DNA of 64,000 nt from an uncultured Ruminococcus sp. (GTDB taxonomy: Bacteria > Bacillota > Clostridia > Oscillospirales > CAG-272), in assembly GCA_964579135.1 (NCBI GenBank), contig CAZOFD010000001.1, forward strand, positions 26,063 to 90,062, given 5' to 3'. The notes below the pieces were generated by a model, which worked only from the letters and a program-made list of their open reading frames with translations, searched no databases and was not told the DNA's origin. Shown here one piece after another: positions 25,384 through 34,658 of the stretch; positions within the stretch are counted from its first letter, which is position 1; each line of letters begins with the position of its first letter. A program made the position numbers and the translations under genes.

Positions 25384-27127
25384 ACCTTTACGCGCGACGG
25401 CTCTTATTGCCGTCGCGCTGCTTTTACTTTGCCTTTTTCCCGTAACGGGGGCAGCGACGCAAAACGGACAAGCCGAAGCCGAGGCGATATATTCCTCGGT
25501 GCTCGCCTCGCTCGGAGCGGACACAAACAACGTGCAAACGTTTATCGACGAAAAACTTGCCGCCGCGCCGGCAAACGGCTCGGAATGGTACGTTATCGCA
25601 CTTTCGCAAAGCGGAACGTACGACTTTTCGCGCTACGAATCGGCGCTTGTCGCTTACCTTAACTCGGCGACGATATCCTCCGCCTCCTCAAGGCTGAAAT
25701 TCGCGCTTTGCCTTGTCGCCGTCGGCTCCGAAAACGAATATATCCGAAATGCGATAGATTCCTCCGTCGGAAAGCAAGGGATTATGAGTTTGATATTCGG
25801 GCTGCACCTTATAAACAACGGCTATACAGCGGCAGACTATACCGCGCAAGACCTTGCCTTAGAGATCGTCGGCGCGCAACTTGCGGACGGCGGGTGGAGC
25901 GTCGTCGGTCAAGCCGGCGACCCCGACGTCACGGCAATGGCTTTACAAGCCGTCGCCCCGTATTGCGAAAGCAACGCAAGCGTTAAAAGCGCCTCCGAGC
26001 GCGCTGTCGATTTTCTCTCGTCAAAGCAGTTGCCAAGCGGCGATTTTGCCTCTTTCGGCACGCCGAATCCCGAGAGCACCGCGCAAGTTATCATCGCCCT
26101 TGCCTCGCTCGGCATCGACGCGGAAAACGACGCGCGATTTAAAAAGAACGGTACCCCTTTCGACGGGATAAACAAATATCGCCTGCCGAGCGGTGACTTC
26201 GCGCACACCGAGGGCGGCGCGTCCAACGCCAATGCCACTATGCAGGTCTTTTGCGCCTCGGCGGCGTATATACGTTTTTGCCGCGGCTTGTCGCCGTTTT
26301 ATTCGAATCTCGGCAGCAATAATACGAACGGCAACGAGGCGACCGGCGAGCAAACGACCGGCGAGCAAACGACCGCCGACAAAACCGGCGACAACGGCTC
26401 TGCCGCGCTTACCGACGGTGCGGGCGACGACCGCGAGCAAACCGCGCAGCGTGACGGCAACGGCAACGCCTCTTACAAGCCTTATGCCGTATCCGCGATC
26501 GTTTTGGTCGCGTGCGGCGTAGCACTCGGGCTTTTTGTCGCCAAAAAGCGCAAGATCTCGAATTTTGTCGCCGTTATCCTCGTTGCCGCCGCCGCAAGTG
26601 CCGCCGTGCTGCTTACAGACGTACGCACGCCTGAAGATTACTACGGCTCCACCGAGCAAAAAACGGACGTTATCGGCACGGTATCGCTGAGCATAAGGTG
26701 CGACACCGTCGTAGGGCTCGGCGACGCCGTACCGCAAAACGGCATTATTCTCGACACCGTTTACGTGGATATCTCCGAGGGAGACACCGTATTGTCCGTT
26801 TTGACCGAGGCGGCGCGGCGCTGTTCCGTAAGGCTCGACGTCTCGGGCGACGGTGCGCTTGCCTACGTCAACGGCATAGCGTTTCTATACGAATTCGACT
26901 TCGGTCCCCTCTCGGGCTGGACTTACCGAGTGAACGGCGAGATGCCGTCCGTCGGCGCGGGGGCGTACACGCTCGCCGACGGCGACGTGATCGAATGGCT
27001 GTACACAAAGGAACTCGGCTCGGATATTTCACGTTGCCGCGCTGAGCGGGTGCGCTCGCCGTACCGCTTATGTGTTTCGTTAAAAGCGGGAAAATCAGCG
27101 GAGCTTTTCCTATCGGAGCGTGCTTAA
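25373..27127 (+). CDS. Membrane-anchored protein: alpha/alpha-toroid (prenyltransferase/squalene-oxidase-repeat-like) domain, TM hairpin, and C-terminal DUF4430 (transcobalamin-like beta domain)
   Basis: Signal peptide. Repeats QLADGGWS, KQLPSGDFASFG and YRLPSGDFAHTEGG. TGEQT low-complexity linker. Two TM helices flanking KKRKISN (26483..26617). C-terminal ..DISEGDTVLSVL......YVNGI......GPLSGWTYRVNGEMPSVGAGAYTLADGDVIEWLYT. Confidence 0.75.
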   Translation: MRSKPLRATALIAVALLLLCLFPVTGAATQNGQAEAEAIYSSVLASLGADTNNVQTFIDEKLAAAPANGSEWYVIALSQSGTYDFSRYESALVAYLNSATISSASSRLKFALCLVAVGSENEYIRNAIDSSVGKQGIMSLIFGLHLINNGYTAADYTAQDLALEIVGAQLADGGWSVVGQAGDPDVTAMALQAVAPYCESNASVKSASERAVDFLSSKQLPSGDFASFGTPNPESTAQVIIALASLGIDAENDARFKKNGTPFDGINKYRLPSGDFAHTEGGASNANATMQVFCASAAYIRFCRGLSPFYSNLGSNNTNGNEATGEQTTGEQTTADKTGDNGSAALTDGAGDDREQTAQRDGNGNASYKPYAVSAIVLVACGVALGLFVAKKRKISNFVAVILVAAAASAAVLLTDVRTPEDYYGSTEQKTDVIGTVSLSIRCDTVVGLGDAVPQNGIILDTVYVDISEGDTVLSVLTEAARRCSVRLDVSGDGALAYVNGIAFLYEFDFGPLSGWTYRVNGEMPSVGAGAYTLADGDVIEWLYTKELGSDISRCRAERVRSPYRLCVSLKAGKSAELFLSERA

Positions 27128-27128
27128 A

Positions 27129-28007
27129 ATGAGATCTCTCGACAACCTCAACCCCATAACGGCAGCCGTATACTTTACATGTGCAATATGCATACCGACC
27201 TTTTCGCAGAACCCCGTAACGACGCTGACCGCCGTTGCGGCGTCCGCGCTGTACTGCATTATGCGCAAATGCCGCGCACTTCGCTCGACTATGCGTTTTT
27301 GCTTGCTTTTCGTTGTCGTTATGACCGTGCTGAATCCTCTTATTTCGCACAACGGCAAGACCGTGCTCTTCTTTATAAACGATTCGCCCGTTACCGCCGA
27401 AGCGGCGATATACGGTGCGCTGTCGTCACTCGCAGTATCTGCCGTTATCCTCTTTTTCAGAGCACTGTCCGATATCCTTACGCAGGACAAATTGCTCTAC
27501 GTTTTCGGCAAAACCTCGCCGAAGACCGCGCTCGTTTTATCTATGGCTCTGCGCTACTCCTCGCTTTTGCGCGAAAAGGCGCGACAAATCGAGGATAGCC
27601 AGACCGCGCTCGGGCTTTACGAGGACGGTAACGTGGCGGCAACGATCAAAGGTAAAGCGCGTATTTTTTCCGTACTTGTCACGTGGTCGCTCGAAAACGG
27701 GATAACGACCGCCGACTCTATGGCGTCTCGCGGATACGGCAAGCACCGCCGCACGTATTTTTCTTTGTTCGGTTTTTCCGCAAGTGACGCGGCAACACTT
27801 GCTTTTACCGCTGCGTGCACGTCACTTTACGTAGCGGCGGCACTTCGCGGCGACTTGGCTTTCGCTTGTTATCCGAGCATCGCAATATCGCCGCTCACCC
27901 CGCTCGGCGCCGTCGCGTATACGGCATACGCGCTGCTTGCACTGTTTCCCGTGATATCGGAATCCGGAGAAAGGCTCAAATGGAAATACTTAAGGTCGAA
28001 GATCTGA
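27129..28007 (+). CDS. ECF transporter transmembrane (T) component, EcfT/CbiQ family
   Basis: Polytopic membrane protein with the conserved ..ALRYSSLLREKARQIEDSQTALG.. coupling-helix region. The ATG at 27129 is 1 nt after the upstream stop, with GGAG upstream. Confidence 0.8.
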   Translation: MRSLDNLNPITAAVYFTCAICIPTFSQNPVTTLTAVAASALYCIMRKCRALRSTMRFCLLFVVVMTVLNPLISHNGKTVLFFINDSPVTAEAAIYGALSSLAVSAVILFFRALSDILTQDKLLYVFGKTSPKTALVLSMALRYSSLLREKARQIEDSQTALGLYEDGNVAATIKGKARIFSVLVTWSLENGITTADSMASRGYGKHRRTYFSLFGFSASDAATLAFTAACTSLYVAAALRGDLAFACYPSIAISPLTPLGAVAYTAYALLALFPVISESGERLKWKYLRSKI

Positions 28008-29638
28008 CTTTTCAATATCCCTTATCAGAGCGTACCGCCGTTCGCTCCGCGTCGTTTGCCGTAAACTCGGGCGAATTCGTAGTCCTTTGCGGAGCAACTG
28101 GAAGCGGCAAATCGACTTTGCTTCGTTGCTTGAAACCCGAGATCGCGCCGACGGGCACAAAAAGCGGAAATATCGTTTTTCAAAACGCGCCGCTCGACGT
28201 CGGATCCGAACGCATAGGCTTCGTCGCGCAGCGCCCCGATGAGCAAATAGTTACCGACAGAGTGTATTCGGAGCTTGCTTTCGGGCTTGAAAATCTCGGC
28301 ACCCCGAGCGACGTCATCGCTCGCAAGATCGCGGAGATATCCGCGTTTTTCGGCATAGAAGATTGGTTTGAGCGCGACGTCGCAACACTCTCGGGCGGGC
28401 AAAAGCAACTTTTGAATCTCGCCGCGGTAACGGTCACGGAGCCCGATCTCATACTCCTCGACGAGCCGACCTCGATGCTCGACCCCATCGCGGCAAGCGA
28501 CTTTATATCGATGCTGAAAAAGCTGAATCGCGAACTTTCCCTGACCGTCGTTATCGCGGAGCACAGAACGGAAGACGCCGTCGCCGCTTGCGACAGAATA
28601 ATCTTTATGGCAAACGGCGCCATCGTCGCCGACGGCGATCCGCAAACGATTGCCGCGGTGGGCGGCGATATATTGCCGTTTATGCCGGCGGCAACGCGGC
28701 TCTATCATATGGTCGGCGGCACGGGCGCGTGCCCCGTAGATGTGCGCGACGGCAAACGATTCGCGGCACGCTTCGCCCCGCAGACCGAATACGAAACGAA
28801 AAAAAACAAAGGCGCGAGCACAAACGATACGGTCGCGCCAAAAAAGAGAAAGCGCGATATCGCCGAAGCCGCGCTCGAATTTAACGACGTATACTTTAAA
28901 TACGACAGAAAATCCGACGACGTACTCTCCGCGCTCGAGCTTTCGATATACGAAAACGAGATATTTTGCCTGCTCGGAGGCAACGGCTCGGGCAAATCCA
29001 CACTGCTCTCCTGCGCGTGCGGATTGCGCAAGCCGTACGGCGGCAACGTTCGCGTTTTCGGCAAAAAGATATCCGACTACCGCGGCGGAGAACTGTATTC
29101 GGGGTGTGTATCGCTTCTTCCGCAAGACGTTCAAACGCTTTTTTTGCGTGCAAGTGTGCGCGAGGAGCTCGAAGACGCGTACGAAAGCGCCGCCGATTCT
29201 CCGATCGATCTCTCGCCCCTCTTCGAAAAGCACCCGTACGATCTGTCGGGCGGCGAGCAACAACTCCTCGCATTGGCAAAGGTGCTGTCGCGCAAACCGC
29301 GCCTGCTCCTTATGGACGAGCCGACGAAAGGGCTCGATCCACGCAGAAAGGACGAACTGAGGCAGATAATAAAAGATCTCAGAGCACACGGAACAACGAT
29401 CTTGGCAGTCACTCACGACGTCGAGTTCGCCGCGAGCACGGCTGACCGTTGCGCCATACTTTTCCGCGGCAAGGCGCTCGGCACGGCAACGCCACGCGAT
29501 TTCTTCTCTTACGGCAGTTTTTATACCACTGCGGCTGCCCGTATGGCGCGCGGATATTTCGAGGGGGTGGCGACCACCGAAGACCTTGCCGCCGCGTGCC
29601 TAAAAAGCCTTGAGATAGCGGAGGCGGCAACAAAATGA
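27980..29638 (+). CDS. Fused tandem ECF/ABC ATPase (EcfA-EcfA')
   Basis: Two complete ABC cassettes. The first has GATGSGKSTL / LSGGQKQ / LILLDEPTSMLD; the second has GGNGSGKSTL / LSGGEQQ / LLLMDEPTKGLD. The start at 27980 (MEILKVEDLTF) overlaps ecfT by 28 nt. Confidence 0.88.
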   Translation: MEILKVEDLTFQYPLSERTAVRSASFAVNSGEFVVLCGATGSGKSTLLRCLKPEIAPTGTKSGNIVFQNAPLDVGSERIGFVAQRPDEQIVTDRVYSELAFGLENLGTPSDVIARKIAEISAFFGIEDWFERDVATLSGGQKQLLNLAAVTVTEPDLILLDEPTSMLDPIAASDFISMLKKLNRELSLTVVIAEHRTEDAVAACDRIIFMANGAIVADGDPQTIAAVGGDILPFMPAATRLYHMVGGTGACPVDVRDGKRFAARFAPQTEYETKKNKGASTNDTVAPKKRKRDIAEAALEFNDVYFKYDRKSDDVLSALELSIYENEIFCLLGGNGSGKSTLLSCACGLRKPYGGNVRVFGKKISDYRGGELYSGCVSLLPQDVQTLFLRASVREELEDAYESAADSPIDLSPLFEKHPYDLSGGEQQLLALAKVLSRKPRLLLMDEPTKGLDPRRKDELRQIIKDLRAHGTTILAVTHDVEFAASTADRCAILFRGKALGTATPRDFFSYGSFYTTAAARMARGYFEGVATTEDLAAACLKSLEIAEAATK

Positions 29639-30321
29639 AAACGATAAAAAACGCCAAAATTCGCCGCGCGATAAAAATAATCGTACCGTTATTCGCCATC
29701 CCCACGCTCGTTCTGGCAAGCGCAAAGGCGACGGGCGAAAGGGTAGCGCTTTTCACCTCGTGCGCAGTAGCCGCGCTTACCGTTCCTCTTTTCGTCGCCG
29801 GCGTCGAAAAGGCGGAATTCGGCACACGGCGCACCGTTATCGTGGCGATATTGACAGCTCTCGCCTCGTTCGGCAGGCTGATACCGTTCTTTAAGCCGGT
29901 AACGGCTATCGCCACCATCGCGGGGATACATTTGGGGGCGGAATCCGGATTTGCGGTAGGAGCTTTTTCGGCGCTGATATCGGATTTTTATTTCGGTTTG
30001 GGTCCTTGGACGCCGTTCCAAATGCTTGCTTGGGGCGTAATAGGCTTTTTTGCCGGGGTATTGTCCTCGCCGCTCGGGCGCAGCCGCGTTATGCGTACGT
30101 TTTACGGAGTCGTCTCGGGGGTAGCCTTTTCGCTGATAACGGACGTATGGACCGTAACTTGGTACAACGGCACGTTCAGCGCGTCGCTGTACCTTGCCGC
30201 AACGATAACCGCGCTACCTCACACGATTTTGTACGCGGTGTCGAATCTTTTGTTTCTCGCGCTGCTGTCAAAACCGTTCGGCGAAAAGCTCGAGCGCGTC
30301 AAGATCAAATACGGCGTTTAA
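29635..30321 (+). CDS. ECF transporter substrate-specific (S) component; putative corrinoid-specific, from operon context only
   Basis: About 228 aa, six predicted TM helices, ATGA overlap with the ATPase. The specificity is inferred from the riboswitch, not from sequence. Confidence 0.65.
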   Translation: MKTIKNAKIRRAIKIIVPLFAIPTLVLASAKATGERVALFTSCAVAALTVPLFVAGVEKAEFGTRRTVIVAILTALASFGRLIPFFKPVTAIATIAGIHLGAESGFAVGAFSALISDFYFGLGPWTPFQMLAWGVIGFFAGVLSSPLGRSRVMRTFYGVVSGVAFSLITDVWTVTWYNGTFSASLYLAATITALPHTILYAVSNLLFLALLSKPFGEKLERVKIKYGV

Positions 30322-30376
30322 CGCCGCGCTTTACCTCCTCGGCAAGTATGCGAAGGCAAGCTTTAAAACAAAAATC

Positions 30377-30401
30377 GGGGGGCAGACCTTGTCTGCCCCC
30401 C
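30377..30401. terminator. Stem-loop terminator between convergent operons (U-run on the minus strand)
   Basis: GGGGGGCAGAC CTT GTCTGCCCCCC. On the minus strand it is followed by GATTTTTGTTTT. Confidence 0.8.
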
Positions 30402-30413
30402 TAAATTACGGCA

Positions 30414-30968
30414 TTATTTGCCGAAATATCTGTTAAGAAGCCCCTCGAACGCTTTGCCGTGGCGTGCTTCGTCCCTTGCCATTTCGTGTACGGTATCGTG
30501 GATCGCGTCAAGCGAGTGCTCTTTCGCGAGTTTTGCAAGCTCGAACTTGCCTGCGGTAGCACCGTTTTCGGCTGCGACGCGCGCCTTAAGGTTCGCCTCG
30601 GTGGAAGCGGAAACGCACTCGCCGAGAAGTTCGGCGAATTTTGCCGCGTGCTCTGCTTCCTCAAGAGCAGCCTCTTTCCAATAAAGTGCGATCTCGGGAT
30701 ATCCCTCTCTTGCCGCAGCGCGCGACATAGCAAGGTACATTCCGACCTCGGAGCACTCACCCTCGAAGTTAGCGCGAAGTCCCTCGATAATCTCCGCGGG
30801 CGCTCCCTTTGCAACGCCGATAACGTGCTCGGCAGCCCAATCGAGAGCCGCGCCGTCATCGACGACCTCAACGAACTTTTCTCCGGGTTGCTTGCAACGC
30901 GGGCAAATATCGGGGCGAACGTCGGACTCGACTATTTCTCCGCAAACGGTGCATCTCCATTTTTTCAT
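30414..30968 (-). CDS. Reverse rubrerythrin (N-terminal rubredoxin-like domain, C-terminal diiron ferritin-like domain)
   Basis: [13 protein letters not shown]....CPRCK at the N-terminus, then EGE..E..Y and E..H diiron ligand motifs. AAGGAG RBS. Confidence 0.85.
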   Translation of the reverse strand: MKKWRCTVCGEIVESDVRPDICPRCKQPGEKFVEVVDDGAALDWAAEHVIGVAKGAPAEIIEGLRANFEGECSEVGMYLAMSRAAAREGYPEIALYWKEAALEEAEHAAKFAELLGECVSASTEANLKARVAAENGATAGKFELAKLAKEHSLDAIHDTVHEMARDEARHGKAFEGLLNRYFGK

Positions 30969-30995
30969 AACAAAATTCTCCTTTATTTTTAAATT

Positions 30996-31442
30996 TTAAT
31001 TTTTACGAATTTTTTCCGCAACGTCGGATACGGTAAACGCGGGATCCGACAGCATTGCGACCGTAACGACGGAAAGGTCTCGGCGTATCTTTTGATTTAT
31101 CACGCAAAAAGCGGCGTGCATCTTGCACTCGGATTTTTGCGGATTTCGCGTGCAATCGCAATTCGGATCCAAACATCTCGTTATAAGCGTCTTTCCGTCG
31201 ATAGCCTCGATAACGTCGAGCGCGGTAATACTCGAAGCGTCGCGTGCAAGCACGTAGCCGCCGTCCGCCCCCTTATAAGACCGCAATATCCCCGCCTTAG
31301 TAAGTTTGCGCAGTATCTTTACGGTAAATTTTTGCGGGACCGACGCGATCTCCGCAAGGCGCGGCCCACCGGTCTTCTTACCCGCCGCGTCAAGCGATAT
31401 GCATATTCTGACGGCGTAATCCGCCTCTTGAGTTATCCGCAT
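30996..31442 (-). CDS. Rrf2 family transcriptional regulator
   Basis: MRITQEADYAVRICISL.. wHTH N-terminus, and three Cys (CLDPNCDC..C) consistent with Fe-S-binding Rrf2 members. GGAGG RBS before the ATG at 31442. Confidence 0.85.
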   Translation of the reverse strand: MRITQEADYAVRICISLDAAGKKTGGPRLAEIASVPQKFTVKILRKLTKAGILRSYKGADGGYVLARDASSITALDVIEAIDGKTLITRCLDPNCDCTRNPQKSECKMHAAFCVINQKIRRDLSVVTVAMLSDPAFTVSDVAEKIRKN

Positions 31443-31523
31443 CGTACCTCCGCTTCGGTAAACCATACCTTTTTGGTCTGCATTGATTATATCACGGGAT
31501 AAACGATTTGTCAACACCTTTTT

Positions 31524-32687
31524 TTAAAATTTTAAATATTTGATAAAATCGGTTTCGAATCCGCAGCTTTCCGTTAAAAGTACCGTGTGCACGTCCCTTA
31601 TAAAACCGAAAAGATCTCCTCTCCGCTCTTCCCCCGCACACAGCACGTCGCGCGCACCGGCAAGCGACGTATTGCCGCAAACAACTACGTTTTTATCCGC
31701 AAGGCTCGGTAATACTCCGAGATATTCGAGATCTGCGGCATCGATACCGTCGCCGAAACTTCCGCAAATATATACGTCTCGCACGTCATCCCCGACGGCT
31801 TCCAATGCGCAACGCACCGCGGATTTCGCAAGCTGAAACGCCCGAACGTCCGCCTGCGAAACGTACACGTTCTCCGTCAGATAAAATCTTCCGTCGCGCA
31901 AGCGTACCTGTGCCGCCTCGCCGACAAAAGCGCCGTTATCGTCAAGTGCCCCGATGCGCCGCAATGCGGCAAAGGCACCGACAAGTCCGCTGCCGCATAT
32001 CCCGCGCGGTCTTTCGCCGCCGACGACGCGAGGCACAAGGCGCGCGCCAACCTGCTCGACGCGATATATCGCGCCCGGGGCATATCGCATACCGCATTCC
32101 ACCCCACCGCCCTCAAAGGCGGGACCCGCCGCCGCACTTGCCGCCGTCATACGCCCACCCGAAACGGAAACCGCCTCGCCGTTCGTTCCGAGATCGAGCA
32201 TAAGCGCGCTGTCTTTGCGTTGCATACCGAGCGATACCACCCCGGCGGTGACGTCCCCGCCGACAAACGAGGATATCGGCGGCAGCAAAAAGACGCTGTT
32301 CGCGTTTATACCGATCTCGTCCCCGCCGAACTCCGATTTATTCGGCAAAACGGACGCATAAGGATACGTGCCGAGGGAAAGCGGAGATACGCCGCACAAA
32401 AAATGCAGCATAACCGTATTCGCGGCAATAACGACTCGTTGCGGAGATACGCCGCAGGTCGTCTCGCAAAGCTCGTTAACGGCGGAACGCAAACACGCCG
32501 TCAGCTCCGCAAGATGCTCTTGCGACGCGGCAATACGTGACATAACGTCCGCTCCGAAACGAGCTTGCGGATTTGCGACAGCCGCCGATGCCACGTTTTC
32601 GCCCGTCCCGAGATCCACGCACTCGCACACGATCGTCGTAGTGCCGACGTCAATCGCCGCGCCGATATTTTCGCGTTTTTCCGCCAT
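31524..32687 (-). CDS. ASKHA-fold ATPase of the DUF4445 / RACo (corrinoid reductive activase) C-terminal type, lacking an N-terminal ferredoxin domain
   Basis: Phosphate-1 motif AIDVGTTTIV and the RACo-like LMLDLGTNGEAV motif. At 387 aa it starts directly with the ASKHA domain. Confidence 0.65.
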   Translation of the reverse strand: MAEKRENIGAAIDVGTTTIVCECVDLGTGENVASAAVANPQARFGADVMSRIAASQEHLAELTACLRSAVNELCETTCGVSPQRVVIAANTVMLHFLCGVSPLSLGTYPYASVLPNKSEFGGDEIGINANSVFLLPPISSFVGGDVTAGVVSLGMQRKDSALMLDLGTNGEAVSVSGGRMTAASAAAGPAFEGGGVECGMRYAPGAIYRVEQVGARLVPRVVGGERPRGICGSGLVGAFAALRRIGALDDNGAFVGEAAQVRLRDGRFYLTENVYVSQADVRAFQLAKSAVRCALEAVGDDVRDVYICGSFGDGIDAADLEYLGVLPSLADKNVVVCGNTSLAGARDVLCAGEERRGDLFGFIRDVHTVLLTESCGFETDFIKYLKF

Positions 32688-32906
32688 TCGCTATCCCCCC
32701 CTCGCACCGAGCAACGCTTTAAGCTCGTTTTTTATCATTATATCACAAAAAAGCCGCCTGTCAATCACAACCGAGCGAGCCGCATCGCACCGTCCCGACA
32801 GATCGAGGCGGTTGACAATCGCTTATTTATATGATAATATATATTGAAATATTGTTTGTCGACGCGTGTGCTTTTCGATACCGTCGGCAGGAAAAGGAAA
32901 TTTGCC

Positions 32907-33389
32907 ATGGATAAAATCTTAAAGCTGCTTGAAGACGACGCCGCCCTTACAACGGAACAACTTGCCGCAATGCTCGACAAAGACCCCGCCGAGGTCGGCG
33001 AGGCGATCCGCAAATACGAAGCGGACGGCGTAATCCTCGGATACAAAACGCTTATAGATTGGGAAAAGGTCGGCGGCGAGGACGTTACTGCCATAATAGA
33101 GGTCAAAGTTATGCCGCAACGGGATTGCGGATTCGACCGCATAGCGGAAAAGATCGCAAATTATCCCGAGGTAAAATCGCTCTTTCTTATGTCGTCGGGC
33201 GGATTCGATCTTGCCCTGATCATAGAGGGAAAAACGATGAAAGAGATAGCACACTTTGTTGCCCGCAAACTTTCGGGCATAGAATCCGTTACCGCGACCG
33301 CCACGCATTTCGTCCTGCGCAAATACAAAGACAAAGGCGTGATATACGGCGCGGAAGAGGTCGACGAAAGAGGAATAATGCCGCTATGA
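32907..33389 (+). CDS. Lrp/AsnC family transcriptional regulator (AlaR-like by context)
   Basis: MDKILKLLEDDAALTTEQLAAMLD.. HTH, then a RAM-like domain. ATGA overlap with the downstream aminotransferase, as in B. subtilis alaR-alaT. A possible promoter is TTGACA-17-TAATAT at 32812..32840. Confidence 0.8.
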   Translation: MDKILKLLEDDAALTTEQLAAMLDKDPAEVGEAIRKYEADGVILGYKTLIDWEKVGGEDVTAIIEVKVMPQRDCGFDRIAEKIANYPEVKSLFLMSSGGFDLALIIEGKTMKEIAHFVARKLSGIESVTATATHFVLRKYKDKGVIYGAEEVDERGIMPL

Positions 33390-34558
33390 TAGATTACGAT
33401 TCCGTTATTTCCCCAACGGTCAAAGAGCTTAAGCCGTCGGGGATAAGAAAATTTTTCGATCTGATAAGCGCCACCGACGACGTTGTCGCGCTTACCGTGG
33501 GGCAGCCGGATTTCGTGACCCCGTGGCATATCAGAGAGGCTGCAATCGACAGTATAGAGCGCGGCAAAACGTATTACACGTCGAACGCAGGCACCCCGGA
33601 ACTGCGCCGGGAGATCTCGAACTATATGCTTCGGCGCTTCGGTCTGTCTTACGACCCGAACGAAGAGATTTTCGCGACCGTCGGCGGCAGCGAAGCGATC
33701 GACGTTGCTATGCGCGCCGTTCTGACACCGCAAGACGAGGTGATATTACCCACTCCTTGTTTCGTTTGCTACGAGCCGATAGCGAAAATGCTCGGTGCGC
33801 ACGTCGTACACGTTCCGACAAAGCTCGAAAACAATTTTAAACTGACCGCAGACGAATTGCGGCGTGCCATAACGCCGAAGACGAAGATGCTCGTCCTTCC
33901 TTTTCCGAACAACCCCACCGGCGCCATTCTGACCGAAGAAGAGCTTGCCGAGATAGCCGACGTACTGCGCGGAACAAATATCATAGTGCTTTCCGACGAG
34001 ATCTATGCGGAGCTTACGTACGGAAAAAAGCACAAATCGATAGCCTCGATCGACGGTATGCGCGAAAGGACGATCATCGCAAGCGGATTTTCCAAGGCTT
34101 ACGCTATGACGGGCTGGCGACTCGGCTACGTATGCGCTCCCGCCCCCTTGACGCGCCAAATGCTGAAGATCCACCAGTTTGCCATAATGTGCGCCTCGAC
34201 AGCCTCGCAATTCGCCGCTACCGAAGCGCTTAAAAACGGCGACGAGGACATCGACGCCATGCGCGACGAATACGACCGCCGCCGCGCGTATCTGTTAAGC
34301 GGTCTGCGGTCTCTCGGGATCGAATGTTTCGAGCCCGAAGGCGCTTTTTACCTTTTCCCGAGCGTAAAGCCCTTCGGTCTTTCAAGCGACGAGTTTGCCG
34401 AGCGGTTGCTTTACGAGCACAAATGCGCGGTCGTCCCCGGCTCCGCTTTCGGCGAGGACGGCGAGGGATTCGTGCGCATATCCTACGCATACTCGGTAAA
34501 GCACATATCCCACGCGCTCGAACGCATAGAAAAATTTGTGAATATACTGAAACGATAA
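33386..34558 (+). CDS. Class I PLP-dependent aminotransferase (AlaT/AspC-like)
   Basis: ..KPSGIRKFFDL.., ..LTVGQPDF.TP.., ..SGFSKAYAMTGWRLGY.. (PLP lysine in SKAY). Confidence 0.88.
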   Translation: MIDYDSVISPTVKELKPSGIRKFFDLISATDDVVALTVGQPDFVTPWHIREAAIDSIERGKTYYTSNAGTPELRREISNYMLRRFGLSYDPNEEIFATVGGSEAIDVAMRAVLTPQDEVILPTPCFVCYEPIAKMLGAHVVHVPTKLENNFKLTADELRRAITPKTKMLVLPFPNNPTGAILTEEELAEIADVLRGTNIIVLSDEIYAELTYGKKHKSIASIDGMRERTIIASGFSKAYAMTGWRLGYVCAPAPLTRQMLKIHQFAIMCASTASQFAATEALKNGDEDIDAMRDEYDRRRAYLLSGLRSLGIECFEPEGAFYLFPSVKPFGLSSDEFAERLLYEHKCAVVPGSAFGEDGEGFVRISYAYSVKHISHALERIEKFVNILKR

Positions 34559-34630
34559 CGAAAAAACCGTGAATAAAACGTCGATTTTTGCATAAACCGC
34601 CGTTTTATTCGTTTTTGATGCATATTTCGG

Positions 34631-34658
34631 TTGACATTCCGAAAAAAACGATTATAAT
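34631..34658 (+). promoter_or_regulatory. Sigma-A-type promoter for aspartokinase
   Basis: TTGACA (34631..34636), 16-nt spacer, TATAAT (34653..34658). The leader to the ATG is only about 37 nt. Confidence 0.6.
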
